Both the position numbers and the translations under genes were made by a program. A stretch of 64,000 nt of DNA from Candidatus Enterousia sp. (GTDB lineage Bacteria; Pseudomonadota; Alphaproteobacteria; Rs-D84): contig JAZRJE010000017.1 in assembly GCA_045645645.1 (NCBI GenBank), forward strand, positions 3,707 to 67,706, written 5' to 3'. Under the pieces are notes generated by a model. It was given only the letters and a program-made list of their open reading frames with translations, did not search any database and had not been told where the DNA came from. Shown piece by piece: positions 32,512 through 41,376 of the stretch (its first letter is position 1; each line of letters opens with the position of its first letter).

Positions 32512-32967
32512 ATGACAACAGAATTGGCACCAATTTTTAAGCTGCGTGAATTATGCTTGGCATTGGTTAATCCGAAGTTTTATGCAAAGAACGCAGACTT
32601 AATTCATCGGTCATCATTAGCGGCGCAGGACTATATTTTTTCTGGTGCCGCACGTGAATACCAATCATATATGAAATCATCCTTTCATGCGTTGCCAGGG
32701 TATGTTGCGGTTCATCACAAATATAATTTAAAGGATAATGTTAATCCTAATTTAGTTATGGATTTGACGTGGAGTTTTAAAAATGACTGCATTAATGGTA
32801 TTATTGATGTGCATGGCAACATCAAAAATTATGCAACGTTGTACAATTCTAGATTTATGAGAATATATCACAACACCGATTTATCGGGCATACCAATAAA
32901 TGCATTCAGATTATATCCAGAACAGATCGAAAGATTATTAAAACAAGCAGAACAGAAAACAAGATAA
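32512..32967 (+). CDS. hypothetical protein, tandem paralog 1 (151 aa)
   Basis: Shares blocks with the next gene (F.....L......FY..N...I..SSLAAQD..FSG; SGIP..A). Confidence 0.45.
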   Translation: MTTELAPIFKLRELCLALVNPKFYAKNADLIHRSSLAAQDYIFSGAAREYQSYMKSSFHALPGYVAVHHKYNLKDNVNPNLVMDLTWSFKNDCINGIIDVHGNIKNYATLYNSRFMRIYHNTDLSGIPINAFRLYPEQIERLLKQAEQKTR

Positions 32968-32984
32968 AACAAAGGGCTTCAGAT

Positions 32985-33464
32985 ATGAAAACAAAATTAG
33001 TTGCTATTTTTGAAATGCGTAATGCGTTATTAAAACGCTGTAATTTGAGATTTTATAAACAAAATGAGCAGGTTATCAAAAATTCTTCTCTGGCTGCCCA
33101 AGATTTTTATTTTTCTGGTGATTTATCAGATTATGATGATATCAGTTTGTCAGAATTATCACATGATGCCTTGTACGCCAGTTTGCATGCCGAGTATAAC
33201 GTACCATATAATTCTTCAGATGTGCTTTGTGTAAATTCAGGTCTGGTTTTGGATTTGGCGCGCGCATTGCGTTCTGATATTGATACGGGTATTCTGGGGG
33301 CAGGTGGAGATATTATAGTCCCCGAAAGATTATCCAAGTCCCAAGTTTTGCAAACGTTTCATAATTCTGAAGATTCTGGTATCCCAGTATCAGCATTAAA
33401 ATGTATGACAGCATGTGCATATAAAAAATTCTTAAATGAATATTACAAGCGTAGAAAGCGTTAA
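32985..33464 (+). CDS. hypothetical protein, tandem paralog 2 (159 aa)
   Basis: Paralog of 32512..32967 (SSLAAQDFYFSG, SGIPVSAL); followed by a terminator. Confidence 0.45.
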   Translation: MKTKLVAIFEMRNALLKRCNLRFYKQNEQVIKNSSLAAQDFYFSGDLSDYDDISLSELSHDALYASLHAEYNVPYNSSDVLCVNSGLVLDLARALRSDIDTGILGAGGDIIVPERLSKSQVLQTFHNSEDSGIPVSALKCMTACAYKKFLNEYYKRRKR

Positions 33465-33495
33465 CAAATCCCACCACATGGTGGGATTTATTTTG
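33463..33495 (+). terminator. intrinsic terminator (ATCCC stem family)
   Basis: aaATCCCACCacatGGTGGGATttattttg. Confidence 0.6.
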
Positions 33496-33505
33496 TTGAA
33501 AAAAC

Positions 33506-33534
33506 TTGCGTTTTGTCAAAACAGGGTATATAAT
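33506..33534 (+). promoter_or_regulatory. sigma70-like promoter (TTGCGT-N17-TATAAT) upstream of rpsA
   Basis: Consensus -10 with 17-bp spacing to a -35-like hexamer; ~100-nt leader before rpsA. Confidence 0.4.
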
Positions 33535-33638
33535 ACCCCTGATTTTGCGGGTGGGCGCAGAATCAATCCGATTAACCCCACAAGACCTCGCAGTTTTTAT
33601 AAAGCATTAGCGATGGCAAACTTTGATTAAAATTTCTT

Positions 33639-35327
33639 ATGAAAGATTTATCCAAAGACTTATTTAATCCTGTATCCGGCGAAGACTTTGTCCAGATGTT
33701 CGATGCGAACTATGGTGCACAAGAAACTTTGCAGGGCTATGCAACAAAAGGTACTGTAAAAGACATTCGTGGTGATTTCGCAATGGTTGACGTTGGTCTG
33801 AAATCAGAAGGTCGCGTACCATTAAAAGAATTCGGCGCATCTGTTCCATCTGTTGGTGATATCATCGACGTTTTTGTTGAACGTTACGAATCCCGCGAAG
33901 GCACAGCCGTTCTGTCTTATTCTAAGGCACGTGCAGAAAAAGCATGGAAAGAACTGGAAAAAACAGTTGCCGAAGGTATCGACCCAGAGGGTACAATTAT
34001 TGACGTTGTTCGCGGTGGTTTCACAGTGGACATCAATGGCGTATTTGCATTTATGCCATCATCTCAGGTTGATCACAAACCAATTCGTGATGCAAAATCC
34101 TTGATTGGCTTAAAAGACAAATTCCGTGTATTGAAAATGGATGCTTTGCGTACAAACGCAATCGTATCACGTCGTGCGATTCAGTCTGATACAATCGCAG
34201 CTGCACAAAAAGAAGCGATGAAAAACATTTCATTGGGTGCGGTTGTCGAAGGTACAGTCAAAAACATCACAGATTACGGTGTATTCGTAGATTTGGGCGG
34301 TATCGATGGTTTGTTGCACGTCACAGACCTGTCATGGAAACGTGTAAATCATCCACGCGAATTAGTTCACGTTGGTGAAAAGATTCAGGTCAAGGTTATC
34401 CAATTCGATCCAGAATCCCATCGTATTTCATTGGGTATGAAACAATTAGAAGAAGATCCATGGGAAACAGCGTCACGTGCATTCAATGTTGGCGACACAG
34501 TTTCTGGCAAGGTATCATCTTTGACAGATTACGGTGCATTCATTGATCTGGGTAACAATATCGAAGGCCTGGTTCACATGTCTGAATTGTCATGGACAAA
34601 CAAAAATATCCACCCAAGCAAAGTACTGCAAAACGGCCAGGATATTGATGTTGTTGTTTTGGGGATTGACCAGGACAAACGCCGTATTTCATTGGGTTAT
34701 AAACAGCTGCAACCAAATCCATGGAAACAGTTTGCTGAAAACCACAATGTTGGTGACGTTGTAACAGGTCCAATCAAGAACACAACAGAATTTGGGCTGT
34801 TCGTTGCATTGACACCTGAATTGGACGGTATGGTTCACATTTCTGACTTGTCATGGAACAAGCTGGACGAAGAAGAATTGAAAAAATTCGTTCGCGGCCA
34901 GGAAGTGACAGCCAAGATTTTGGACATCAATCCAGAAAAAGAACGTGTCACACTGGGGATCAAACAGTTGACAGAAAGCGCAGAAAACAACGCTGTTTCA
35001 TTAAAGAAGGGCGCAGTTGTATGCGGTACTGTTTCTGAAATTACACCTGATGAATTGATTTTGACATTGGCTGGTGATGTACGTGGCGTTATTCGTCGTA
35101 CAGACCTGTCACGTGACAAATCTGAACAGGACACATCTAAATTTAACATTGGCGACAGCGTAGAAGCATCTGTTGTTTCCGTTGAAGACAATACAGTTAA
35201 ATTGTCTGTTCGTGCATTGCAGGTGACATTGGAAAAGCAAGCGGTCAAAGAATTTTCAAACGAAGCTGATTCTGGCTCTGTATTGGGTGATATCTTGGGC
35301 GCTGCAATCGAAAACAGCAAAAAATAA
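33639..35327 (+). CDS. rpsA: 30S ribosomal protein S1
   Basis: 562 aa with six S1-domain repeats (recurring GxV.G.V........G.FV.L..G..GL.H.S.LS blocks). Confidence 0.9.
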   Translation: MKDLSKDLFNPVSGEDFVQMFDANYGAQETLQGYATKGTVKDIRGDFAMVDVGLKSEGRVPLKEFGASVPSVGDIIDVFVERYESREGTAVLSYSKARAEKAWKELEKTVAEGIDPEGTIIDVVRGGFTVDINGVFAFMPSSQVDHKPIRDAKSLIGLKDKFRVLKMDALRTNAIVSRRAIQSDTIAAAQKEAMKNISLGAVVEGTVKNITDYGVFVDLGGIDGLLHVTDLSWKRVNHPRELVHVGEKIQVKVIQFDPESHRISLGMKQLEEDPWETASRAFNVGDTVSGKVSSLTDYGAFIDLGNNIEGLVHMSELSWTNKNIHPSKVLQNGQDIDVVVLGIDQDKRRISLGYKQLQPNPWKQFAENHNVGDVVTGPIKNTTEFGLFVALTPELDGMVHISDLSWNKLDEEELKKFVRGQEVTAKILDINPEKERVTLGIKQLTESAENNAVSLKKGAVVCGTVSEITPDELILTLAGDVRGVIRRTDLSRDKSEQDTSKFNIGDSVEASVVSVEDNTVKLSVRALQVTLEKQAVKEFSNEADSGSVLGDILGAAIENSKK

Positions 35328-35348
35328 TTTGTGGATTCACAGATTGTT

Positions 35349-35380
35349 CCACCGTCCGCTTTGCGGGCGGTGTTTTTTAT
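35349..35380 (+). terminator. intrinsic terminator after rpsA
   Basis: CACCGTCCGCtttgGCGGGCGGTGtttttta. Confidence 0.55.
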
Positions 35381-35394
35381 GGTATAATCAAATT

Positions 35395-35967
35395 ATGAAA
35401 AGCAAAAATAAAATGATTGTTATGATGGGCGGTCCAGGTACAGGCAAAGGGACTTTTGCCCGTATGTTACGTGATATCCATCCTGAATATACACATATTG
35501 AAACTGGGGCTATTTTACGTAGCCAACCTGACGGATCACCAATTCGTATTGCAATTGCAGAGGGAAATCTGATACCAGACGAAAAGGTGTGCGATTTAGT
35601 TGCGAAAACCATAGCACAAACTTCGGGTGATATAATCCTAGATGGTTTCCCACGAACGCTGGTTCAAGCACAGTGGCTGGTTGAAAAATACACTAATAAG
35701 TATGATGTTCAGGTAATTTATCTGAACGTTCCTGATGAAATAATGATAAAACGCATAAACAAACGCAAATCGGCTGGCAGTACCCGTAAAGACGACGGCA
35801 GCATCGATATTGTTCAACATCGCATAGACGCATTTCATAAAATTACAATGCCTGCAATACAGTGGTTGTCGGGGGTTGGTTGTATAACATTTTCCGACAT
35901 TGATTCCAGCGAAGAAGAATCTGCAAACTTTGCTCGTATCCGTATGGCGTTGAAAGACAAAAGATAA
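35395..35967 (+). CDS. adk: adenylate kinase family protein (short form)
   Basis: P-loop GGPGTGKGT and ILDGFPRT NMP-binding motif; start at the ATG at 35395, 6 nt after an extended -10 (TGGTATAAT at 35380..35388), suggesting a leaderless or near-leaderless mRNA. Confidence 0.7.
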   Translation: MKSKNKMIVMMGGPGTGKGTFARMLRDIHPEYTHIETGAILRSQPDGSPIRIAIAEGNLIPDEKVCDLVAKTIAQTSGDIILDGFPRTLVQAQWLVEKYTNKYDVQVIYLNVPDEIMIKRINKRKSAGSTRKDDGSIDIVQHRIDAFHKITMPAIQWLSGVGCITFSDIDSSEEESANFARIRMALKDKR

Positions 35968-36000
35968 AATCCCCCGATTGGGGGATTTTTTATTTTTTGT
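35966..36000. terminator. bidirectional intrinsic terminator between convergent adk and the RelA/SpoT-like gene (ATCCCCC family)
   Basis: aaaATCCCCCgattGGGGGATtttttatttttt. Confidence 0.65.
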
Positions 36001-37387
36001 AATAACGTTGAATTTCTTTCATTACAAAATTAAACAATTTACCCGCCTGGGTTGTTTGTGGCATTGCCCAGTCTCGTTGCATATATGGCATTGCAGATAC
36101 CAGCACAAATCGTGCCATAAAGTGGAAAATTTTAGATTGCTGATGTGGGCTCAGCTTTGTTGGTGCATTTTCAACACGAAAAACTTCATTTTCAATAGCG
36201 TCATCTAACTTTTCATTTATATTGTCCAGAATCTTTTGTGGATAATACAGTTTGCATTCATGTGGGAAGCCTTCGAACATGGATTTTCCATTGTCTTGGG
36301 AATAAAGAATGTTCCAGCCAACGCGCTCGAACAGGGCTTCCAGACATCGACAAATCATACGGTTATAAGACTTTACGCCATCTTCCATAAATGTTGCCAA
36401 TTTGCTTTCCATATTGTCGGATTTTGCATTTTTGCTTTTGCGCGTTGTTTCGTACACTTCGTGTGTTTTGCGTTCGAATTCAAAGAATGTACGAACCTGG
36501 CAAATAATTTCCATTGGAATGACTGTTTTGCCATGACCAATATTTAATATAATTTTTGCATCACGATAATTTCGTGGATTTGCCATGTCATAGAATTTGT
36601 CGCGACTGGATATGATTCGTTCTGGCATTTCTGCATACAGGCGTTCTATGAACGTACGTGCTTGTGGAATTAAATCGAACAAGCACTTTACGCGCCAGAC
36701 ATCTTGCAATCTGTGGTGTGGCTTTTCAATTTTGTCCAATGCGCGTACCATTTCAACTGCAATTTTTTCATGACCACGACCAATTATAGTCAACACAGTT
36801 TCAGATGCGTTTGTGATATACTTTTCTGCGAAAATTTCATGGATTTTATCTGAAATTGCACGTGCAGATGCGTCACGTCCATCGGCGCTTAAAACCCGAT
36901 ATGCAGCACGTGCCACTTCGTTCACATAGTCATGATAGTATTTGGCTGTAATTTTATCTAAGGCGCGTTCTATCTTCTTTTGCGCGGCAACGATGACTGT
37001 CACGATTGACGATACAGACAGCTCAATCTTGTGCCCTGGCAGACTTGTAAAGAATTGATTTCTCATTGGGTCTGCGTCCAGACGATGTTGAACCAAATAT
37101 GGCGACAGCGGGTGAATATCTGATATTTTCATTGGTTCATCGATTGCGGAATCAGTGGCATAGTCATATTTTACAACTGGTGCTTTTGGTGCGCCAAATG
37201 ATTTGCCTAATACGTGAAATATTTCGCGAAACCATACCATGCTGTCGCTGTACAGTGTGCACAAATAATCGGCTGCTTCTTCATTTATGCGGCCTGATTC
37301 TAATGCGCGCTCAATTGCGGTCAAGTTTTTTCTGTCTTTATCCAGTGTTAAAGTTTCCGCATAGCCATCTGGCATGCCATCAATCAT
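35990..37387 (-). CDS. RelA/SpoT-fold nucleotidyltransferase domain protein (465 aa); not a canonical Rel/SpoT
   Basis: Central region matches (p)ppGpp-synthetase-fold motifs: IIGRGHEK (GR.K), QDVWRVKCLFDLI (QDI.G.RI.C.F.D.I), YDMANP, EIICQVRTFFEFERKTHEVYE (EIQIRT....W...H..YK). No HD hydrolase, TGS or ACT regions. Lies 13 bp downstream of lysS on the same strand. Confidence 0.55.
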   Translation of the reverse strand: MIDGMPDGYAETLTLDKDRKNLTAIERALESGRINEEAADYLCTLYSDSMVWFREIFHVLGKSFGAPKAPVVKYDYATDSAIDEPMKISDIHPLSPYLVQHRLDADPMRNQFFTSLPGHKIELSVSSIVTVIVAAQKKIERALDKITAKYYHDYVNEVARAAYRVLSADGRDASARAISDKIHEIFAEKYITNASETVLTIIGRGHEKIAVEMVRALDKIEKPHHRLQDVWRVKCLFDLIPQARTFIERLYAEMPERIISSRDKFYDMANPRNYRDAKIILNIGHGKTVIPMEIICQVRTFFEFERKTHEVYETTRKSKNAKSDNMESKLATFMEDGVKSYNRMICRCLEALFERVGWNILYSQDNGKSMFEGFPHECKLYYPQKILDNINEKLDDAIENEVFRVENAPTKLSPHQQSKIFHFMARFVLVSAMPYMQRDWAMPQTTQAGKLFNFVMKEIQRYYKK

Positions 37388-37399
37388 GACTTTCCCCCT

Positions 37400-38875
37400 T
37401 TACTTCATTATCGGGAATAATATCACATCACGCAGGGTTGGTTGGTCGAATATAATGCTGGCCAAACGGTCAACACCCATACCAACACCAGAAATAGGTG
37501 GGAAGCCATGTTCCATTGCACGAACAAAGTCATTGTCTGGATTAAAGGCTTCTTCATCACCATCTGCGATATTGCGTGCCTGTTCTTCAAATGCTGCTAA
37601 TTGCTGAATTGGGTTTACAAGTTCTGAATATCCTTTGCATATTTCTGCGCCGCATACCAGCAATTGATACATATCAATTCTGCGTTCGTCAGAATCACTA
37701 CGACGTGCCAATGGCACCATATATGCTGGATAGTTGTACAAGAACGTTGGATTTACAATGTCGTTGCGGATTTTGCGTTTGTATACATAGTCTACCAATG
37801 TTGGGATAGATTTTAAATCTTCCAGTTCTGCCATTGGGAACATGCCATTGTCAACCAGTTTCTGACGCAGGGCATCAACATCATCAAAATCTAAGATGTC
37901 ACAACCAAAGAATTCATTCATCTTTGCTGTATAGTCAATCATTTCATATTTACTGAAATCCAATGGTGTACCCTGGTATTCAATCTGTAATGTGCCACGA
38001 CATTTCATCAGTAATTCTTGGATTAATTCCCATGTAAATTTGATGTTGTCGTTAAAATCCCAATATGCAGCATACCATTCAACCATTGTGAATTCTTGCA
38101 GATGCATTGCATCCATACCTTCGTTACGGAAGTCTTTTGCCACTTCATACACGCGGTCAAATCCAGCACCGATTGCTTGCTTTAAGAACAACTCTGGTGA
38201 GATACGCAACTGGAAATCAGCATCCAGTGCATTGTGGTGTGTTGTAAATGGACGTGCCGCTGCCCCAGATGCAATATTTTGCATAATTGGTGTTTCTATT
38301 TCCAAGAATCCATTACGGTTCATATATTCACGCCAATACTGTGTCATTTTAAAGCGTCCCAACAGTGCATTACGTGCCTCTGGGTTTGATATAATATCCA
38401 AATAACGCTGACGATACCGAGTTTCCATATCTGTCAAGCCATGATATTTTTCTGGCAGTGGACGCAAAGCCTTGGCCAGAATTTCGTATTTTGAAACTTT
38501 AACTGTCAGTTCACCAGCTGTTGTGTGGTACAGTTCCCCAGTGATACCAATGAAGTCGCCCAGATCAACATTTGCTTTCATAAACTTGTACGTTTCTTCG
38601 CCCAGTTCTTCACGTGACATAGAAAATTGAATTTCGCCATCAATGTCATATATGCGACCAAACATCAGTTTCCCTAACCAGCGCAATGCAGTCACACGCC
38701 CCGCCAAGCGCACCTGTGTCCCATCTGCCAAGTCGCGTGCGCCAACAATCGTATGCGTGCGATCAAATTTGTCTTTCCATACAACGCCGTCACGTGCACG
38801 AATGTTTTCAGCTTTTTGCAAGCGTGCTGTCAATTCGTTTGTTGAAATTTGTGTATTTGTTGTATTTTCTGACAT
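37400..38875 (-). CDS. lysS: lysine--tRNA ligase (class II)
   Basis: OB-fold N-terminus, class II motifs (FLEIETP, RNEGMDAMHLQEFTMVEWY, GVGMGVDRL); start at the internal Met (MSENTT). Confidence 0.9.
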   Translation of the reverse strand: MSENTTNTQISTNELTARLQKAENIRARDGVVWKDKFDRTHTIVGARDLADGTQVRLAGRVTALRWLGKLMFGRIYDIDGEIQFSMSREELGEETYKFMKANVDLGDFIGITGELYHTTAGELTVKVSKYEILAKALRPLPEKYHGLTDMETRYRQRYLDIISNPEARNALLGRFKMTQYWREYMNRNGFLEIETPIMQNIASGAAARPFTTHHNALDADFQLRISPELFLKQAIGAGFDRVYEVAKDFRNEGMDAMHLQEFTMVEWYAAYWDFNDNIKFTWELIQELLMKCRGTLQIEYQGTPLDFSKYEMIDYTAKMNEFFGCDILDFDDVDALRQKLVDNGMFPMAELEDLKSIPTLVDYVYKRKIRNDIVNPTFLYNYPAYMVPLARRSDSDERRIDMYQLLVCGAEICKGYSELVNPIQQLAAFEEQARNIADGDEEAFNPDNDFVRAMEHGFPPISGVGMGVDRLASIIFDQPTLRDVILFPIMK

Positions 38876-39010
38876 TTTATAAAATCCCTTGGTTGTGATA
38901 TAAAAAAACGGACGCATGCAAAGTGCGCCCGCAGTTTATTACTGTTGGTCGCACAATCAATTAAAGCGTTTAATTAAACATTTCATTTTTTTTATGCGCC
39001 TTTTTACCAT

Positions 39011-39032
39011 AAAACCGCCTCAAGGGCGGTTT
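39011..39032 (-). terminator. intrinsic terminator following tRNA-Gly (minus strand)
   Basis: On the minus strand: AACCGCCCTTGAGGCGGTT followed by TTATGGTAAAAA. Confidence 0.5.
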
Positions 39033-39039
39033 CGAATCC

Positions 39040-39116
39040 TGGTGCGAGCAAAGGGGCTCGAACCCTCGACCTCAACCTTGGCAAGGTTGCGCTCTAGCCA
39101 ACTGAGCTACGCTCGC
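39040..39116 (-). tRNA. tRNA-Gly (anticodon GCC)
   Basis: Reverse complement GCGAGCGTAGCTCAGTTGGCTAGAGCGCAACCTTGCCAAGGTTGAGGTCGAGGGTTCGAGCCCCTTTGCTCGCACCA. Confidence 0.85.
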
Positions 39117-39184
39117 ATTGCGTGGTATATATTGGCATATATTTTATGGTATTGCAAGTATTTTTTTGAATTTTTTTCGTGCTA

Positions 39185-39213
39185 TAAAAAAGCCCCGAAA
39201 AATGGGGCTTTTT
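39185..39213 (-). terminator. intrinsic terminator after alaS
   Basis: On the minus strand: AGCCCCATTTTTCGGGGCT followed by TTTTTAT. Confidence 0.55.
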
Positions 39214-41292
39214 TTATTCTGCCAATGTGCCAACAGACATCGTGATACGACGAATGCCACTGCTGATAGATTTTTCCTTGTTAATCTTGGCTTTTAATAT
39301 TTCACCTGTATGATAAACATGTGTTCCACCGCACAGCTCGCATGATACATCGCCTGCTGTAATTACGTTTACTGTGTCGCCATATTTTTCGCCAAACAAT
39401 GCCATTGCGCCTTTTTTAACAGCTTCGTCCATACTCATCTCTTCATGTGCAACAGGCATGTCCGCTGCGATCCACGTGTTGACCAGATCTTCAACCGCTT
39501 GTTTTTCTTCGGCAGTCATTGCGCGACCAAAGCTAAAGTCAAATCTAACAGAATCTGGGCTTACTTTGGAACCACGCTGTTCTACGTCATCATTCAGGAC
39601 ATGACGTAGCGCAGCCTGTAACAAATGGGTTGCTGTGTGTGCACGTGCTGTCTGATTGCGCACAGCCATATTAATAACTGGTACAACAGAATCACCGACA
39701 GCTACATCTGATTTTAATACACCTTTATGTATTACAATGTTATCTACACGTGCTGCTTCTGTTACCGTCATAACTGTATTATCGCCGATTTTAAGCTCTC
39801 CGCTGTCGCCAACCTGTCCCCCTTGGGTTCCATAAAAGGTTGTTTTATCTAATGCAATTTCTACTTCGTCACCATCTTTAGCAGACTGAACAAATTCACC
39901 ATTGTGCAATATAGATAATACACGTGACTCCATTGTGGTTGGGGAATATTTTGCAGAATCGTCAGTTGCGGACAAATCTGTCTGAGATTCCCAGAAGATA
40001 CGTGTGCCTTTTGTATTGGCGCGTGAACGCTCTTTTTGTTCTGCCATTGATTTTTCAAATCCTGCAACATCAACGTCTATATTTTTGTCTCGCAGAATCA
40101 TCTGGGTTAAGTCCAGCGGAAATCCATACGTATCAAACAGCTTGAATGCGACATCGCCTGGTAAAATTTTACTGTTCAGTTTTGGAAGTTCACTTTCCAA
40201 TAACTTCATACCATTTTGCAACATATCTGCGAACGAGTTTTCTTCATTTTGAATAATTTCAATAACGTGTTTTTGGTTCGCCGCCAGTTCTGGGTAAGCT
40301 TCGCCCATTTCAGTAATCAGGGCAGGGTACAGCTTAGACAACAGTGCCCCTTTATGTCCCAGAATCTGACCATGACGCATTGCACGTCTCAGAATACGAC
40401 GAATTACATAGCCCCTGTCTGTATTTGAAGGGATTACGCCATCTGCAATCGCAAAGCCAACAGAACGCAAATGATCCGTAATAACTTTAAAGCTTGCGAT
40501 ATTTTCTGCTGTTTCTGCAACGCCAGTAATATCAGATACAGCCTTTTTAAGATTTACAAACAAATCTGTATCATAATTATCTGTTTTGCCCTGTAATATT
40601 GATGCAAAGCGTTCCAATCCTGCGCCTGTATCAACATTTTGTTTTGGCAGTGGTGTCAGGTTTCCATTTGCATCTCTATCGAACTGCATAAACACATCAT
40701 TCCAAATTTCAACGAAACGACCACCATCTTCATTTGCAGACCCTGGCAAGCCACCTGGTAAATCGGCACCCATATCATAATGCATTTCTGTACATGGGCC
40801 ACATGGGCCCGTGTCGCCAGCAGACCACCAGTTATCTTTGTCCCCCAAGCGAATTGCATCTTTGCCAGTTATTTTTTTCCAAATAGCGGTTGCTTCTTCA
40901 TCACTATGATGTGTTGTCACAACAATGCGTTCTGGGTCCAATCCGAATACCTTGGTAAGCAATTCCCAAGACATTTCAATTGCACCTTCTTTAAAGTAAT
41001 CGCCAAACGACCAATTGCCCAACATTTCGAAAAAAGTATGATGTCGACCATCAAACCCCACGTCTTCCAAGTCGTTATGTTTGCCGCCAGCGCGTATACA
41101 TTTTTGTACGTCTGCTACACGTGGCGCAAATGCAGGTTCTGTGCCCTGCAAAATTCCTTTCCATGGAACCATACCTGCAACTGTAAACAATAACGTTGGA
41201 TCGTTTGGTATCAATGATGCAGACGGTACAATTGTATGTCCATGTGATTCAAAATACTGTAAAAAAGCTTTTCTTATATCATTATATTTCAT
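39214..41292 (-). CDS. alaS: alanine--tRNA ligase, short form lacking the C-terminal C-Ala domain
   Basis: N-terminal catalytic core (RKAFLQYFESHGHTIVPSASLIP), editing-domain zinc motifs (HTATHLLQAALRH...CGGTHV). Only 692 aa versus ~875 aa for typical AlaS. Confidence 0.85.
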   Translation of the reverse strand: MKYNDIRKAFLQYFESHGHTIVPSASLIPNDPTLLFTVAGMVPWKGILQGTEPAFAPRVADVQKCIRAGGKHNDLEDVGFDGRHHTFFEMLGNWSFGDYFKEGAIEMSWELLTKVFGLDPERIVVTTHHSDEEATAIWKKITGKDAIRLGDKDNWWSAGDTGPCGPCTEMHYDMGADLPGGLPGSANEDGGRFVEIWNDVFMQFDRDANGNLTPLPKQNVDTGAGLERFASILQGKTDNYDTDLFVNLKKAVSDITGVAETAENIASFKVITDHLRSVGFAIADGVIPSNTDRGYVIRRILRRAMRHGQILGHKGALLSKLYPALITEMGEAYPELAANQKHVIEIIQNEENSFADMLQNGMKLLESELPKLNSKILPGDVAFKLFDTYGFPLDLTQMILRDKNIDVDVAGFEKSMAEQKERSRANTKGTRIFWESQTDLSATDDSAKYSPTTMESRVLSILHNGEFVQSAKDGDEVEIALDKTTFYGTQGGQVGDSGELKIGDNTVMTVTEAARVDNIVIHKGVLKSDVAVGDSVVPVINMAVRNQTARAHTATHLLQAALRHVLNDDVEQRGSKVSPDSVRFDFSFGRAMTAEEKQAVEDLVNTWIAADMPVAHEEMSMDEAVKKGAMALFGEKYGDTVNVITAGDVSCELCGGTHVYHTGEILKAKINKEKSISSGIRRITMSVGTLAE

Positions 41293-41376
41293 GTTAATAT
41301 TCCTTGTTTTCTTGGGGTATTGTATAAATATTACCCCTCCGTTTCAATCATATATTTGTAAAAGTATCAAGTTTTT

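Noticed and set aside
34835-35320. 161-aa ORF antisense to rpsA (and several similar antisense ORFs inside bamA, alaS, lysS, ligA, the 809-aa and Cys-rich genes)
   Set aside because: Embedded antisense in confidently identified genes; no start or RBS context; typical shadow ORFs.
41305-41336. GGGGTATTGTATAAATATTACCCC hairpin between the GT-like gene and alaS
   Set aside because: Not followed by a T-run on the transcribed (minus) strand; could be structural but is not a convincing terminator.
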